DNA from: Crocosphaera subtropica ATCC 51142
Lineage (GTDB): Bacteria > Cyanobacteriota > Cyanobacteriia > Cyanobacteriales > Microcystaceae
Assembly: GCF_000017845.1 (NCBI RefSeq)
Contig: NC_010546.1
Location: 2,070,001 to 2,102,000, forward strand
DNA: 32,000 bases
Direction: 5' to 3'
Position numbers and translations under genes: made by a program. Under the pieces are notes generated by a model that ran no database searches, had not been told where the DNA came from, and worked only from the letters and a program-made list of their open reading frames with translations. Every line of letters starts with the position of its first letter. Position 1 is the stretch's first letter. Below, piece by piece: positions 1-9,473 of the stretch.

Positions 1-909
1 AAAGTAGTTATTGGTGGCATTATGGAACATATTGAACAAGCAGGGGTACATTCTGGAGACTCTGCTTGTTCGGTTCCTTATACCACCCTTTCTAAAAGCG
101 TTATTGAGACGATTCGGACTTGGACTGTTGCGTTAGCGAATAGTTTAAAAGTTGTCGGTTTAATGAACATTCAATACGCTGTTCAAGGGGAACAAGTTTA
201 CATTTTAGAAGCGAACCCTCGCGCCTCTCGAACGGTTCCTTATGTGTCTAAAGCAACCGGTCGTCCGTTGGCTAAAATTGCCTCTTTAGTGATGTCAGGA
301 AAAACCTTAGAAGAGTTAGGCATAACCGAGGAATTTGTCCCCCGTCATATTGCGGTTAAAGAAGCGGTTTTACCCTTCCAAAAATTCCCCGGTGCAGACA
401 CTTTACTCGGGCCAGAAATGCGTTCTACCGGTGAAGTAATGGGGATAGATGAGGACTTTGGAAAGGCGTTTGCCAAGGCAGAAATTGCTGCCGGTGTTGA
501 TTTAGCCACCAGTGGAACGGTGTTTGTTTCCATGAGCGATCGGGACAAAGTTTTAACGGTTCCTGTGGTCAAAGATTTACTTGATTTAGGGTTTAAAGTG
601 GTAGCCACTTCTGGAACACAAAAAGTTTTAGAAGAAAACGGAATTGAGGGAATAGAGGTGGTTTTGAAACTTCATGAAGGTCGTCCCCATGTGATAGATT
701 GGATCAAAAATAAGCAGATTCAATTTATTATTAATACTCCCAGTGGAGAAGATTCTCAAATTGATGGTCGTAAGATTCGACGCACTGCATTAGACTATAA
801 ATTGCCCATTATTACCACTATAGCAGGGGCAAAAGCAACCGTTGCAGCCATTCGTTCTTTACAGACTGAACCCTTAGAGGTTAAAGCGTTGCAAGACTAC
901 ATTTCCTAA
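1..909 (+). CDS. carB: carbamoyl-phosphate synthase large subunit, C-terminal portion (5' end outside window)
   Basis: Frame 1 is open from base 1 (KVVIGGIMEHIEQAGVHSGDSACS...). LEANPRASRTVPYVSKATG and the C-terminal MGS-like allosteric domain (GTVFVSMSDRDK...ATSGT) are classic CarB. TAA at 907-909 is followed by a hairpin terminator. Confidence 0.95.
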   Translation, partial: KVVIGGIMEHIEQAGVHSGDSACSVPYTTLSKSVIETIRTWTVALANSLKVVGLMNIQYAVQGEQVYILEANPRASRTVPYVSKATGRPLAKIASLVMSGKTLEELGITEEFVPRHIAVKEAVLPFQKFPGADTLLGPEMRSTGEVMGIDEDFGKAFAKAEIAAGVDLATSGTVFVSMSDRDKVLTVPVVKDLLDLGFKVVATSGTQKVLEENGIEGIEVVLKLHEGRPHVIDWIKNKQIQFIINTPSGEDSQIDGRKIRRTALDYKLPIITTIAGAKATVAAIRSLQTEPLEVKALQDYIS

Positions 910-919
910 CATTTAGTCG

Positions 920-942
920 GGTGGGCATTGCCCACCTTTTTT
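920..942 (+). terminator. rho-independent terminator downstream of carB
   Basis: GGTGGGC (920-926) pairs with GCCCACC (930-936) in a 7-bp GC-rich stem with a short ATT loop, followed by TTTTTT (937-942). It starts 11 nt after the carB stop. Confidence 0.8.
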
Positions 943-1022
943 CTGTAAAACTATTAAACTGAACTGACATCTTGCACCAGTACAAAAAAACTCAGCAACA
1001 AAATATTGATGTAACTCCTGAT

Positions 1023-3083
1023 TCAAATTTGACCAATTTCGATAATTTGACTTAATAATTGTTCTTGGGTAGTGGCTGGTTCTAAACAAGATAAACCTTG
1101 ACAGACTAAACCGATCGCATTGTTCGGTAAATTATCATCTAAACGATAAGCCGTAGTAGGAAGATATCGAGTTATTAATGTAGGTAATACGGTTTCATTT
1201 GTTCTCACTAAACAGCCGAAATGATACCAATCTAAAGCCGTTAATAAACTAGGACAAGCGCGAGGAGATTCCCTTAAAACATAACTAAAAGCTTGTAATG
1301 CTTGTTCGGCTTTATCTAAATAGTCTAAATTATCCGTTAACCTAGCTAAGCGAACCAAATTACTAATCGCAATACCATTAGCTGAAGGGGTAGCATTATC
1401 AATATAGCTGCGTTCACGAACTAATAAATCATTGTTATTATCGTCCGCATTGTTATAGTAGCCTCCCGTGTCTACACTCCAGAAGTATTCATCAAATTCT
1501 TGTTGAATTTCCATTGCTTTATCTAACCATTGAGTGTCTTGAGGATTAGCTGCTTGTAAGTCTAATAAGGCTTTAATGAAAAAAGCATAGTCTTCTGATT
1601 GGGCTAAAATGGAGGGGTTTCCTTGGTAATTAATGCGCTGAAATCGTCCATTTACCCATTGTTTTTCTAAGATAAACTGAGTGGCATTACAAGCCAATTG
1701 CCAATATAAAGGCTGTTTAAATACGGCATACGCCCTAGCTAACCCAGAAATCATTAATCCATTCCAAGCCACAATCATTTTAGTATCTGTTACTGGAGGA
1801 ATGCGTCCCGGCCAATGAATGGTTTTTGCGTCTTGATTATTTTTAGCTGCTTGAAAGGTATCTAAATTGTTTCTAGATGTGCCATACCTTTCTTTAAATA
1901 ATTTATCTAAAATAGTTTCGATACTATCAGAAAGTTTCTCTTTATTACGGCGTTGTAAAACATTTTTTCCTTCAAAATTTCCTTCTGGTGTAATGGTAAA
2001 AACGTCTGTTAATGCTTCTAATTCTGTGGAGGTTAATAGCTGTTCTAACTGTTCATATTCCCATACATAAAATGCCCCTTCTTCGGGTTCTTTGTCTTCT
2101 TTTGTGGCAAAACTATCCGCATCTTGGGCTGCATAAAAATAACCATCAGGGGCGGTCATTTCCCGTTGTAACCATTGTACCGTTAAAGCGATCGCCCGTT
2201 CAAAGGCAGGTTCTTGCTGTCCGCTACTCCACAGATTGGCTAAATATTCCACAATTTGTCCATTATCGTAGAGCATTTTCTCAAAATGGGGAACCGTCCA
2301 CGTTGAATCTACCGTATAACGATGAAATCCACCCCCCACCTGATCAAAAATTCCTCCTAAGGCTAAATCTTGTCCCCTTTGTATGACTAATATGTGTCTT
2401 TCTTCTGGTTCTCCAAATAAAAAGCGAGTTCCTTGTAAGGCTAAATTACTATAAGGAATCATAGGAAAACAAGGACGACCAAAATCTTCGGCTGTTACTT
2501 GAATGATTTTGGTATTAACATCAACGCCACGATAAATTAATTGAGCATTATTAACATTAATATCAGTTTTTGGTAAAATGGCTGATTGTTGTAAAGTGTT
2601 AACAATTTCTTGTTTAAATCCGTTTAATTTTTCTTTTTCTACATCATAAAAACGACGGATTGATTGCAGGACTTGCAAGAAACCGGGACGACCATAACGG
2701 GGTTCAACGGGGAAATAAGTTCCTCCATAAAATGGCACTAAATCTCCTGGTGTGAGAAAAATATTTAACGGCCAACCCCCTTGTATTCCCATCATTTGTA
2801 GAGAACTCATGTAAATACTATCGAGGTCTGGACGTTCTTCTCGATCTACTTTTATAGGAAGAAAATTATCATTGAGATAAGTAGCGATCGCCAGGTCACA
2901 AAATGCTTCTCCTTCCATAACCGTACACCAATGACAGCTAGAATAACCAATAGAAAGAAAAATAGGTTTATTTTCGTTTTTTGCAATTTCTAGGGCTTCT
3001 TCGCACCAATACCACCAATCTATAGGGTTTTCTGCGTGTTTACGGAGGTAGAGACTTTGGGTATTGGCCAGACGGTTAGGCAT
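1023..3083 (-). CDS. thioredoxin domain-containing protein, DUF255/YyaL family (N-terminal thioredoxin fold plus six-hairpin glycosidase-like domain)
   Basis: 686-aa ORF with an ATG start at 3083. N-terminal NPIDWWYW...[19 protein letters not shown] matches the DUF255 CxxC-like signature, and length and layout are typical of the family. Confidence 0.9.
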   Translation of the reverse strand: MPNRLANTQSLYLRKHAENPIDWWYWCEEALEIAKNENKPIFLSIGYSSCHWCTVMEGEAFCDLAIATYLNDNFLPIKVDREERPDLDSIYMSSLQMMGIQGGWPLNIFLTPGDLVPFYGGTYFPVEPRYGRPGFLQVLQSIRRFYDVEKEKLNGFKQEIVNTLQQSAILPKTDINVNNAQLIYRGVDVNTKIIQVTAEDFGRPCFPMIPYSNLALQGTRFLFGEPEERHILVIQRGQDLALGGIFDQVGGGFHRYTVDSTWTVPHFEKMLYDNGQIVEYLANLWSSGQQEPAFERAIALTVQWLQREMTAPDGYFYAAQDADSFATKEDKEPEEGAFYVWEYEQLEQLLTSTELEALTDVFTITPEGNFEGKNVLQRRNKEKLSDSIETILDKLFKERYGTSRNNLDTFQAAKNNQDAKTIHWPGRIPPVTDTKMIVAWNGLMISGLARAYAVFKQPLYWQLACNATQFILEKQWVNGRFQRINYQGNPSILAQSEDYAFFIKALLDLQAANPQDTQWLDKAMEIQQEFDEYFWSVDTGGYYNNADDNNNDLLVRERSYIDNATPSANGIAISNLVRLARLTDNLDYLDKAEQALQAFSYVLRESPRACPSLLTALDWYHFGCLVRTNETVLPTLITRYLPTTAYRLDDNLPNNAIGLVCQGLSCLEPATTQEQLLSQIIEIGQI

Positions 3084-3157
3084 AATGTTTAGTTGATAAA
3101 AATCTAACTCTTTTTATCCTACCATCTTCTCTTTATATAAAAGCATTCAGCAGTCAG

Positions 3158-3214
3158 TATTCTTAAGAATATAGCTGATAGCTGACGGCTGACAATTGAT
3201 AGCTAATGAATGAA
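3158..3214. repeat. 14-nt perfect palindrome plus STRR-like heptamer array in a divergent intergenic region
   Basis: TATTCTTAAGAATA (3158-3171) is its own reverse complement. It is followed by six in-phase degenerate heptamers AGCTGAT AGCTGAC GGCTGAC AATTGAT AGCTAAT GAATGAA (3173-3214). Flanking CAGC.GTCAG (3148-3157) can pair with CTGAC.GCTG (3182-3191). Confidence 0.6.
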
Positions 3215-3354
3215 TAAAGAATAAAATTATAAAAGTTATCAATCATTGATTAATGGACAGGTAAGACGACAGACCACTAAGAAAACAGTTTCATATTGGG
3301 TTAAGATAACATAGGTAAGAATTGACTTTCTTTCACTGGGGAGGAGTGGTGACC

Positions 3355-3816
3355 ATGTTTAAATATTTTCTATCTATGACAGCGTTAATGGTATCGGTAG
3401 CTGGAATTGGCGTTTCTTTAGCGAGAGAAGAGTTTAGATGTTATTTAGGGTTAGTCTCTGCTGCTTGTGATTCATCGCAAATTAAGTCAACATCACCAAC
3501 TAAAGGTGAATCTATTTTAAATCAAGAAATCACAAAAAATAGTGAGTCTAATCATCAAGAAAAAGCAAACCCTCAACCCTCCTTAAATGCTAAATCCTCT
3601 GATAGTTTGCTGCCTCAAAACTCCCAACAAGAAGATAATAAATCTTCTACTAGAGAAACCTTGGAAGATGATAGTAAGTTTATTTCGGTTGAAGAACTGT
3701 CTCGTATTCCTAAAGAAAAACCAGAGGTTAATGTAGATAATGCTGTCCCTTCTGGGGAAGAAGGTTATATAGGAATTCCCATTGAAGTTGAACCTTTTAA
3801 TGAGGAAAATAATTAA
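3355..3816 (+). CDS. hypothetical membrane-anchored or secreted low-complexity protein
   Basis: The track ORF starts at TTG 3322. The first ATG at 3355 is preceded by GGAGGAG (3339-3345) and gives MFKYFLSMTALMVSVAGIGVSLA, a signal/anchor helix. The rest is Ser/Asn/Glu/Pro-rich with no recognisable domain. Confidence 0.55.
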   Translation: MFKYFLSMTALMVSVAGIGVSLAREEFRCYLGLVSAACDSSQIKSTSPTKGESILNQEITKNSESNHQEKANPQPSLNAKSSDSLLPQNSQQEDNKSSTRETLEDDSKFISVEELSRIPKEKPEVNVDNAVPSGEEGYIGIPIEVEPFNEENN

Positions 3817-3848
3817 GAGATTCGAGGAAAATTTACTATGAATGAACG

Positions 3849-4625
3849 ATGATAGACCAAATTTTTATTTTAATTATTAGCGGTTTGGGTTCGGGACTAC
3901 TAGCAGGAATTTTAGGGATTGGAGGAGGAACGGTTTTGGTTCCTCTTTTACTGGTTTTAAATTATACGCCATTACAAGCAGTTGCTACCAGTAGTTTAGC
4001 CATTGTCATTACTTCTTCTTCGGGAAGTATTCAAAATTGGCGCATGGGATATTTAGATTTTCAACGGGTCATGTTATTAGGAATTCCTGCGATTCTAACA
4101 GCACAATTGGGGGTGATCGTTGCCAATTATATTCCTGAATTTGCTTTGCTAACAGCCTTTGGTTTTTTATTAGTTTTCAACATCTTTTTAAGTAATATTC
4201 GTCGTCAATTAGTTACCGCATCCCATCAAGAAGCCGGTAATAAATTATCTGAAAAATTGGCTTGCTTATTCACAGGAGGAATCGGCGGATTTTTAGCTGG
4301 TTTATTTGGTATTGGGGGAGGAGTGATTATGGTTCCTCTGCAAATGTTATTGTTGAAAGAAACGATAAAAGTAGCCATACAAACCAGTTTAGGCGTTATT
4401 GTGATTACGTCGATTTCTTCTTGTGTGGGTCATGCGTTAAATAATAATGTTTTATGGTTAGTGGGAGTCATTTTAGGGTTAGGGGGATTAATTGGGGCGC
4501 AAATTAGTGCAAGATTTTTACCTAGATTACCTGATAAAGTGGTTCGTTTTTGCTTCTATGTCATGTTAGCTATGTTATCCGTTTATACCTTTTGGGAAGC
4601 TTGGAAACTGTACACAACCAATTGA
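3849..4625 (+). CDS. sulfite exporter TauE/SafE family membrane protein (DUF81)
   Basis: 258 aa and polytopic. It has duplicated Gly-rich helices (GILGIGGGTVLVPLL and GLFGIGGGVIMVPL) characteristic of TauE/SafE. Confidence 0.9.
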   Translation: MIDQIFILIISGLGSGLLAGILGIGGGTVLVPLLLVLNYTPLQAVATSSLAIVITSSSGSIQNWRMGYLDFQRVMLLGIPAILTAQLGVIVANYIPEFALLTAFGFLLVFNIFLSNIRRQLVTASHQEAGNKLSEKLACLFTGGIGGFLAGLFGIGGGVIMVPLQMLLLKETIKVAIQTSLGVIVITSISSCVGHALNNNVLWLVGVILGLGGLIGAQISARFLPRLPDKVVRFCFYVMLAMLSVYTFWEAWKLYTTN

Positions 4626-4648
4626 AAATGGGTCTATAAATCCTCTTT

Positions 4649-5473
4649 TTACCAACTTCCTCCTGCCCCACCACCACTACTCTCACCTCCTCCGAAACTC
4701 CCTCCTGTACCACCACTATAACTATGACCATAACCTGGCGTATTAGCCTGATCTCCTAAGAGAAATCTAAGAGAATTTTGTCTCTTTTTCTTATATTTTT
4801 CTACCAGAATAATCACTAATCCATGAACAGTAATCATAGTCAAAATAACAATACACAGATTAACATTTTTCCTAAATGAAGATAATTCTTTTTTTGAAAC
4901 ATCTCTTGTGTCTTGATTAAGTAATAATTGTCTATCAAGTTCTACAATCAAAGCTTTGGTTCCTTCCAATATTCCTTGATTATAATTTTTTTGTTTAAAT
5001 TGGGGCCTTATTTTATTATCAATAATATCTTTAATGTAAGTCTGACTCAGTAGGGTATCGATTCCCGATCCTGTTTCAATTTCTACACGGCGATCGCCCA
5101 AAGAAATTAAAAATAAAACTCCATTATTTTCTCCTTTTTTTCCAATCCCCCAATAATTAAATAATTGAGTTGTAAACTGTTTGGGAGTGAGGAATGGTTT
5201 AGTATCAGTAACAGTTACAATTGCTATTTCAGCACCATTTTTGACTTCTAATTGAGTAATTAAATTATTAAGTATAATCTCTGTTTTATAGTCTAAAATG
5301 TCTGCCATATCTGTTACCCAACCCTCATTCATTTGACGAGGATTAGGAACTGCTTCAACCATCAAAGCATCAGCCGTTAAAGGATAGATTAACGTGACAC
5401 AAGATAATAAGATTGACCAAAATATAATAAAAACTAAGGTTTGAATCTTTCTGTTATGGGTAAAGTTAACCAT
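4649..5473 (-). CDS. TPM domain-containing protein (YgcG-like) with Gly-rich C-terminal tail
   Basis: N-terminal TM, a TPM-like core ([10 protein letters not shown]...[10 protein letters not shown]...[20 protein letters not shown]), a second TM and a GGxGG tail. The track start 5485 is TTG. The first ATG at 5473 is preceded by AAGGAG and overlaps the ftsH stop by 8 nt. Confidence 0.85.
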   Translation of the reverse strand: MVNFTHNRKIQTLVFIIFWSILLSCVTLIYPLTADALMVEAVPNPRQMNEGWVTDMADILDYKTEIILNNLITQLEVKNGAEIAIVTVTDTKPFLTPKQFTTQLFNYWGIGKKGENNGVLFLISLGDRRVEIETGSGIDTLLSQTYIKDIIDNKIRPQFKQKNYNQGILEGTKALIVELDRQLLLNQDTRDVSKKELSSFRKNVNLCIVILTMITVHGLVIILVEKYKKKRQNSLRFLLGDQANTPGYGHSYSGGTGGSFGGGESSGGGAGGSW

Positions 5474-7448
5474 TTTCTCCTTCAACTTGATTAAGAAGTT
5501 GGTGTAATTCCTCTCCTTCTATCACTTCAACGGCCAATAATTGTTGAGCAATTTGTTCTAGGAGATCACGGTTATGATTAAGAATAGATAAAGCCTTTTG
5601 ATGGCCAGAATCAACAATTTGCTTCACCTCTTCATCAATGGCTTTTGCGGTTTCCTCACTCACCAAACGACGAGGGTTCACCCCACTACTGCCTAAAAAA
5701 TTAGCTTGTTGTCGTTTTTCGTACGCCAATGGCCCCAATACCTTACTCATGCCATAGGTAGTGACCATCCGTTCAGCAATATCCGTGGCCCGTTGTAAAT
5801 CATCCGAGGCCCCATTCGTCACATTACCAAAGATAATCTCTTCTGCGGCCCGTCCTCCTAATAACATGGCAATTTGTTGACGAAATTCCATATCACTCAT
5901 CAAAAAACGGTCTTCCGTGGGCATTTTCAAGGTATAACCCAACGCAGATAACCCCCTGGGAACGATAGAAATTTTCGAGACTTTACCGCCACCTGGCATC
6001 ACGGCCCCCACTAAAGCATGGCCAACTTCGTGGTAAGCGACAATTTTCTTTTCAATGTCTCCTAACACTCGGCTTTTCTTCTCCAAACCGGCCACAACTC
6101 GTTCAATGGCCTCTTTAAAGTCGGCTTGGGTCACATATTCCCGTTGATTTCTCGCTGCTAATAAAGCCGCTTCATTCACCAAGTTCGCTAAGTCAGCCCC
6201 GGCAAATCCTGGGGTATGGGTAGCGATATCTTTGAGGTTAACATCGGGGTCAATTTCTACCCGTTGGGCGTATATTTCTAAAATAGCCAATCTTCCTGCG
6301 AGATCCGGGCGATCGACCAATACTTGACGATCAAAACGTCCCGGTCTTAATAAGGCTGGATCAAGGGTTTCTGGGCGGTTGGTGGCTGCTAAAACGATCA
6401 CGGTGGCATCCCCCACCGCAAAGCCATCCATCTCCGTTAAGAGTTGATTTAAGGTTTGTTCCCGTTCGTCGTTACTGCCACTAATGCCATTCCCTCCACT
6501 GCGAGACTTGCCAATGGCATCTAATTCGTCGATAAAAATGATACAAGGGGCTTGTTTTTTGGCCTGTTCAAACAAATCTCTTACCCTAGCGGCCCCGGTT
6601 CCCACGAATAATTCCACAAATTCCGAGGCCGAGATACTAAAAAAGGTCACACCGGCTTCTCCGGCCACCGCTTTGGCTAAGAGGGTTTTTCCCGTTCCTG
6701 GCGGCCCCACTAATAACACCCCTTTGGGGATTCTGGCCCCAATGCGACTAAAGCGATCGGGATTTTTGAGAAATTCGACAATTTCCACTAATTCGGTTTT
6801 CGCTTCTTCGGCCCCGGCTACATCAGCAAAGGTAATTCTGGCGGCTTCTCCTTCAACGTACACTTTGGCTTTACTTTTACTAAAGGCCAGCGATCCCCGA
6901 TCTTCGTTACGATACAGTAAAAATTGCATGGCTAAGACTAAGATAATCGGAGGAATCACCCAAGCCAAAAGGGTACTTACCCAACTATTTTGAGGGGGTG
7001 GGGCTGCTTCAAAAATGATCCCTTTTTCTTTGAGTAAACTAGGTAAATTAGGATCATCGATGGGAATGGTGGCTAAAACTTTGCCTGTATTCCCTGACGG
7101 TTGGACTTGAGAGGGGGTTGAAGCGGTTGGCCCATGAAGGGGGTTATTAGAATTATTAGTGTTGTCTAAGGGGGTTTCTGGTAGGGGTAATAAGTCTTCG
7201 GAAGGAGACAGTAGGGATAGGGACTTGAGTTGATACAGAATTAAGCTGTTACCGATTTTGACTCTGGCGACTTTATCGTTTTCAACTTTCTCTAAAAATT
7301 CACTATAGGGTTCGATGGGAACTTCGTTATCAGACCGATTGGTGTAGTAATAGATGAGATAAATAAAAAAGATCACCCCAACCCCCATTAAGATCAAACT
7401 GCCGAGAGGGGGAAGACGTAGAAAGCGAGAGTTATTTTTGAGTCCCAT
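5466..7448 (-). CDS. ftsH: ATP-dependent zinc metalloprotease FtsH
   Basis: Walker A GPPGTGKT, Walker [31 protein letters not shown], zinc motif HEVGHAL, and two N-terminal TM helices. Confidence 0.97.
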   Translation of the reverse strand: MGLKNNSRFLRLPPLGSLILMGVGVIFFIYLIYYYTNRSDNEVPIEPYSEFLEKVENDKVARVKIGNSLILYQLKSLSLLSPSEDLLPLPETPLDNTNNSNNPLHGPTASTPSQVQPSGNTGKVLATIPIDDPNLPSLLKEKGIIFEAAPPPQNSWVSTLLAWVIPPIILVLAMQFLLYRNEDRGSLAFSKSKAKVYVEGEAARITFADVAGAEEAKTELVEIVEFLKNPDRFSRIGARIPKGVLLVGPPGTGKTLLAKAVAGEAGVTFFSISASEFVELFVGTGAARVRDLFEQAKKQAPCIIFIDELDAIGKSRSGGNGISGSNDEREQTLNQLLTEMDGFAVGDATVIVLAATNRPETLDPALLRPGRFDRQVLVDRPDLAGRLAILEIYAQRVEIDPDVNLKDIATHTPGFAGADLANLVNEAALLAARNQREYVTQADFKEAIERVVAGLEKKSRVLGDIEKKIVAYHEVGHALVGAVMPGGGKVSKISIVPRGLSALGYTLKMPTEDRFLMSDMEFRQQIAMLLGGRAAEEIIFGNVTNGASDDLQRATDIAERMVTTYGMSKVLGPLAYEKRQQANFLGSSGVNPRRLVSEETAKAIDEEVKQIVDSGHQKALSILNHNRDLLEQIAQQLLAVEVIEGEELHQLLNQVEGENG

Positions 7449-7531
7449 GATAATTGCCCACTGTTTCCCGAAGACTATTATTCTTTTATAGCTTAGCAGT
7501 TCAGATCAGTCGGTTAGAATGTTGATAAATG

Positions 7532-9229
7532 TTACTTATTTTTTGTGAGAAAAGGACGAACCAAAAACCATCCCCCTAATAAGAAAAAGAAGGCCATGGA
7601 TCTCGGTTCATCAACCTGTGGACCGCCATTGATAAAAAACTGACTCCGTTGCCAGACTTCTGTGGCGACTTGACGACCTAACTTGCGGCCTTCTAAATCC
7701 CCACAAATAAAGTGGATACCACCATAACATCGAGAAATTCCTGCTTCGTTCGCTGCCTCGGTAAAGGTTGTCCAGGAGAGAGTTACGGGACGACTAGGAG
7801 TGAACCCAGGTTCAAAACGAGAAGACCCCACCGGAAAAGTAATCGAATCCCCATAAAAATCACTGCCAGTCAATAACTTTAAGATTTCTGCTGCTGCTGC
7901 ACTAAAACCACTGTGTCCTGACGTATACTCAGGAAACGGAGGGGAAGGGTTGCCTTCTGGATTTTGATAGGTCATAAAGTCTGTGGCTAGAATCCGTTGG
8001 GTTCCCTGTTGGGGTCCTCCCCACGCATCAATATAACAGTCTCCACTACCAGGAACCTCTTCTGTCCCGATCAGGCATAACCGTCCTAACTCACGAATGG
8101 CACGGACGGGACGAGCATAGTCATAATAATATTTACTATCCCAAACGGCAATGCCTGCATCCATGACGGAATTACCCAACGCAAAAAACAACTTCACCTC
8201 TTCATCTAAACCATAGCCATCTCGTTGGGATACAAATTGACCAATTTCTAACCAATGACCCGGCGGAAAAGCGGTTCCACTGGGGTCTTCCCAATATTCG
8301 GCGATCATTTTTTCTTCATCCGTTAGGTTAGCACTGAAACTGATGATCGCTTCAGATTCATTGATGAAATCGGGGTTAATATCAATGCCAATAATATCTT
8401 TACTAATAGGAACAACCGTACCGTCCCTACGAGTAATGGTTTCAGCTTGTAAGTCTGCTGTAGCTAAGGGGTCCAGTAAAAATGAAAAAGGGGTGGGAGG
8501 ACGAAATTGACTACCAGAGGTGAGGGCAAAGGGAGTCACCTCTCCCCATTGAGGGGTCAAAGGGCTTTGAATGGGGGCATTCAGATTATCGATGGGAATG
8601 TGTTCGGCTGTCCAACGGGTGATATCGATAACCAATGGTTCTTGACCCGGTAAGGTGAGATTAACGGGCTGATAACCGGTTGTATCAGCATAATTATTGA
8701 GTTGGTTAGAACCATCCAGACGACGAGACTGCATCAGGGTTTCTGCCATGATGTTACCGATTCCGGCTGCTGTGGTGCTGTCAGTGGTGTTATTATCGGG
8801 GTTAAAGCCTAAATTAACCATTTGGTTCCTAAATAGAGTCTCTTGATTGGGAAATAACTCTGCTAGGACTCGGTAAGAAGCATAACTAATGGCTTCTATC
8901 TTATTGTTCTCAGTATTTTCTTGACGGGGGCGTTGCAAACTATCTTCTAACAGGGTACTAATGGGAGTGGGTTCATAGGCCGCCCAAGCGTCGTAAATGG
9001 CAGTTCCTAAAAGCCCATAAGCCCGTGACGCTGAGGTGGGTCCAGTAATGGGATCTCCGGTGATGGGGGTATTCTCAACCGCCATTAAAGTAAGATCCAC
9101 CCAGTCACTGACGATAGTGGTTGCACTAACGGGCAATATTGCGGCGACGCTACTGGTTAAGACTCCCATAGGCAGTAGGGAAGACAATAATTTAATGTTG
9201 ACTTTTTTCATAATTTTCCCAAGATTCAT
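7532..9229 (-). CDS. secreted PAP2-superfamily / vanadium-dependent haloperoxidase-like protein with PEP-CTERM-like tail
   Basis: N-terminal signal peptide. The PAP2/V-HPO motif set is present: KYYYDYARP (Kx6RP), PEYTSGHSG (PSGH-like) and SRCYGGIHF (SRx5H). The C-terminus DEP-SMAFFFLLGGWFLV-RPFLTKNK resembles a PEP-CTERM anchor. An alternative ATG lies at 9211. Confidence 0.8.
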   Translation of the reverse strand: MNLGKIMKKVNIKLLSSLLPMGVLTSSVAAILPVSATTIVSDWVDLTLMAVENTPITGDPITGPTSASRAYGLLGTAIYDAWAAYEPTPISTLLEDSLQRPRQENTENNKIEAISYASYRVLAELFPNQETLFRNQMVNLGFNPDNNTTDSTTAAGIGNIMAETLMQSRRLDGSNQLNNYADTTGYQPVNLTLPGQEPLVIDITRWTAEHIPIDNLNAPIQSPLTPQWGEVTPFALTSGSQFRPPTPFSFLLDPLATADLQAETITRRDGTVVPISKDIIGIDINPDFINESEAIISFSANLTDEEKMIAEYWEDPSGTAFPPGHWLEIGQFVSQRDGYGLDEEVKLFFALGNSVMDAGIAVWDSKYYYDYARPVRAIRELGRLCLIGTEEVPGSGDCYIDAWGGPQQGTQRILATDFMTYQNPEGNPSPPFPEYTSGHSGFSAAAAEILKLLTGSDFYGDSITFPVGSSRFEPGFTPSRPVTLSWTTFTEAANEAGISRCYGGIHFICGDLEGRKLGRQVATEVWQRSQFFINGGPQVDEPRSMAFFFLLGGWFLVRPFLTKNK

Positions 9230-9473
9230 AAAGCCAATAAAATATTAATTGAGTGGTCTAATATCCCTAAAATGCTAGGTTAAAGTACGTTATCGAATGC
9301 TAATTATCTTTTCGACCATCACTCCGCAATCCACTTTACCCTAATGCCCTTCATTGATTGTTAGTTTATTCCTATTTTCTTAATATTTACAATCAGTTAC
9401 AATGAAAATGAAGGATAATGATAGAAATTTCCTACCATTTACTGCCCATTCGTTCTTTTGTATTGACTTTATT

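Noticed and set aside
345-608. 87-aa minus-strand ORF inside carB
   Set aside because: It lies entirely antisense to a confidently identified CarB coding frame, is low in complexity, and has no motif. It is a shadow ORF.
1867-2386. Two plus-strand ORFs (67 and 124 aa) inside the DUF255 gene
   Set aside because: They are antisense to a 686-aa ORF with clear family motifs and have no independent start context.
6484-6993. 169-aa plus-strand ORF antisense to ftsH
   Set aside because: It is the longest shadow ORF, but it overlaps the AAA+ core of FtsH, whose frame carries all canonical motifs. The antisense product is Ala/Ser/Pro-rich low complexity, as is typical of the reverse frame of a conserved gene.
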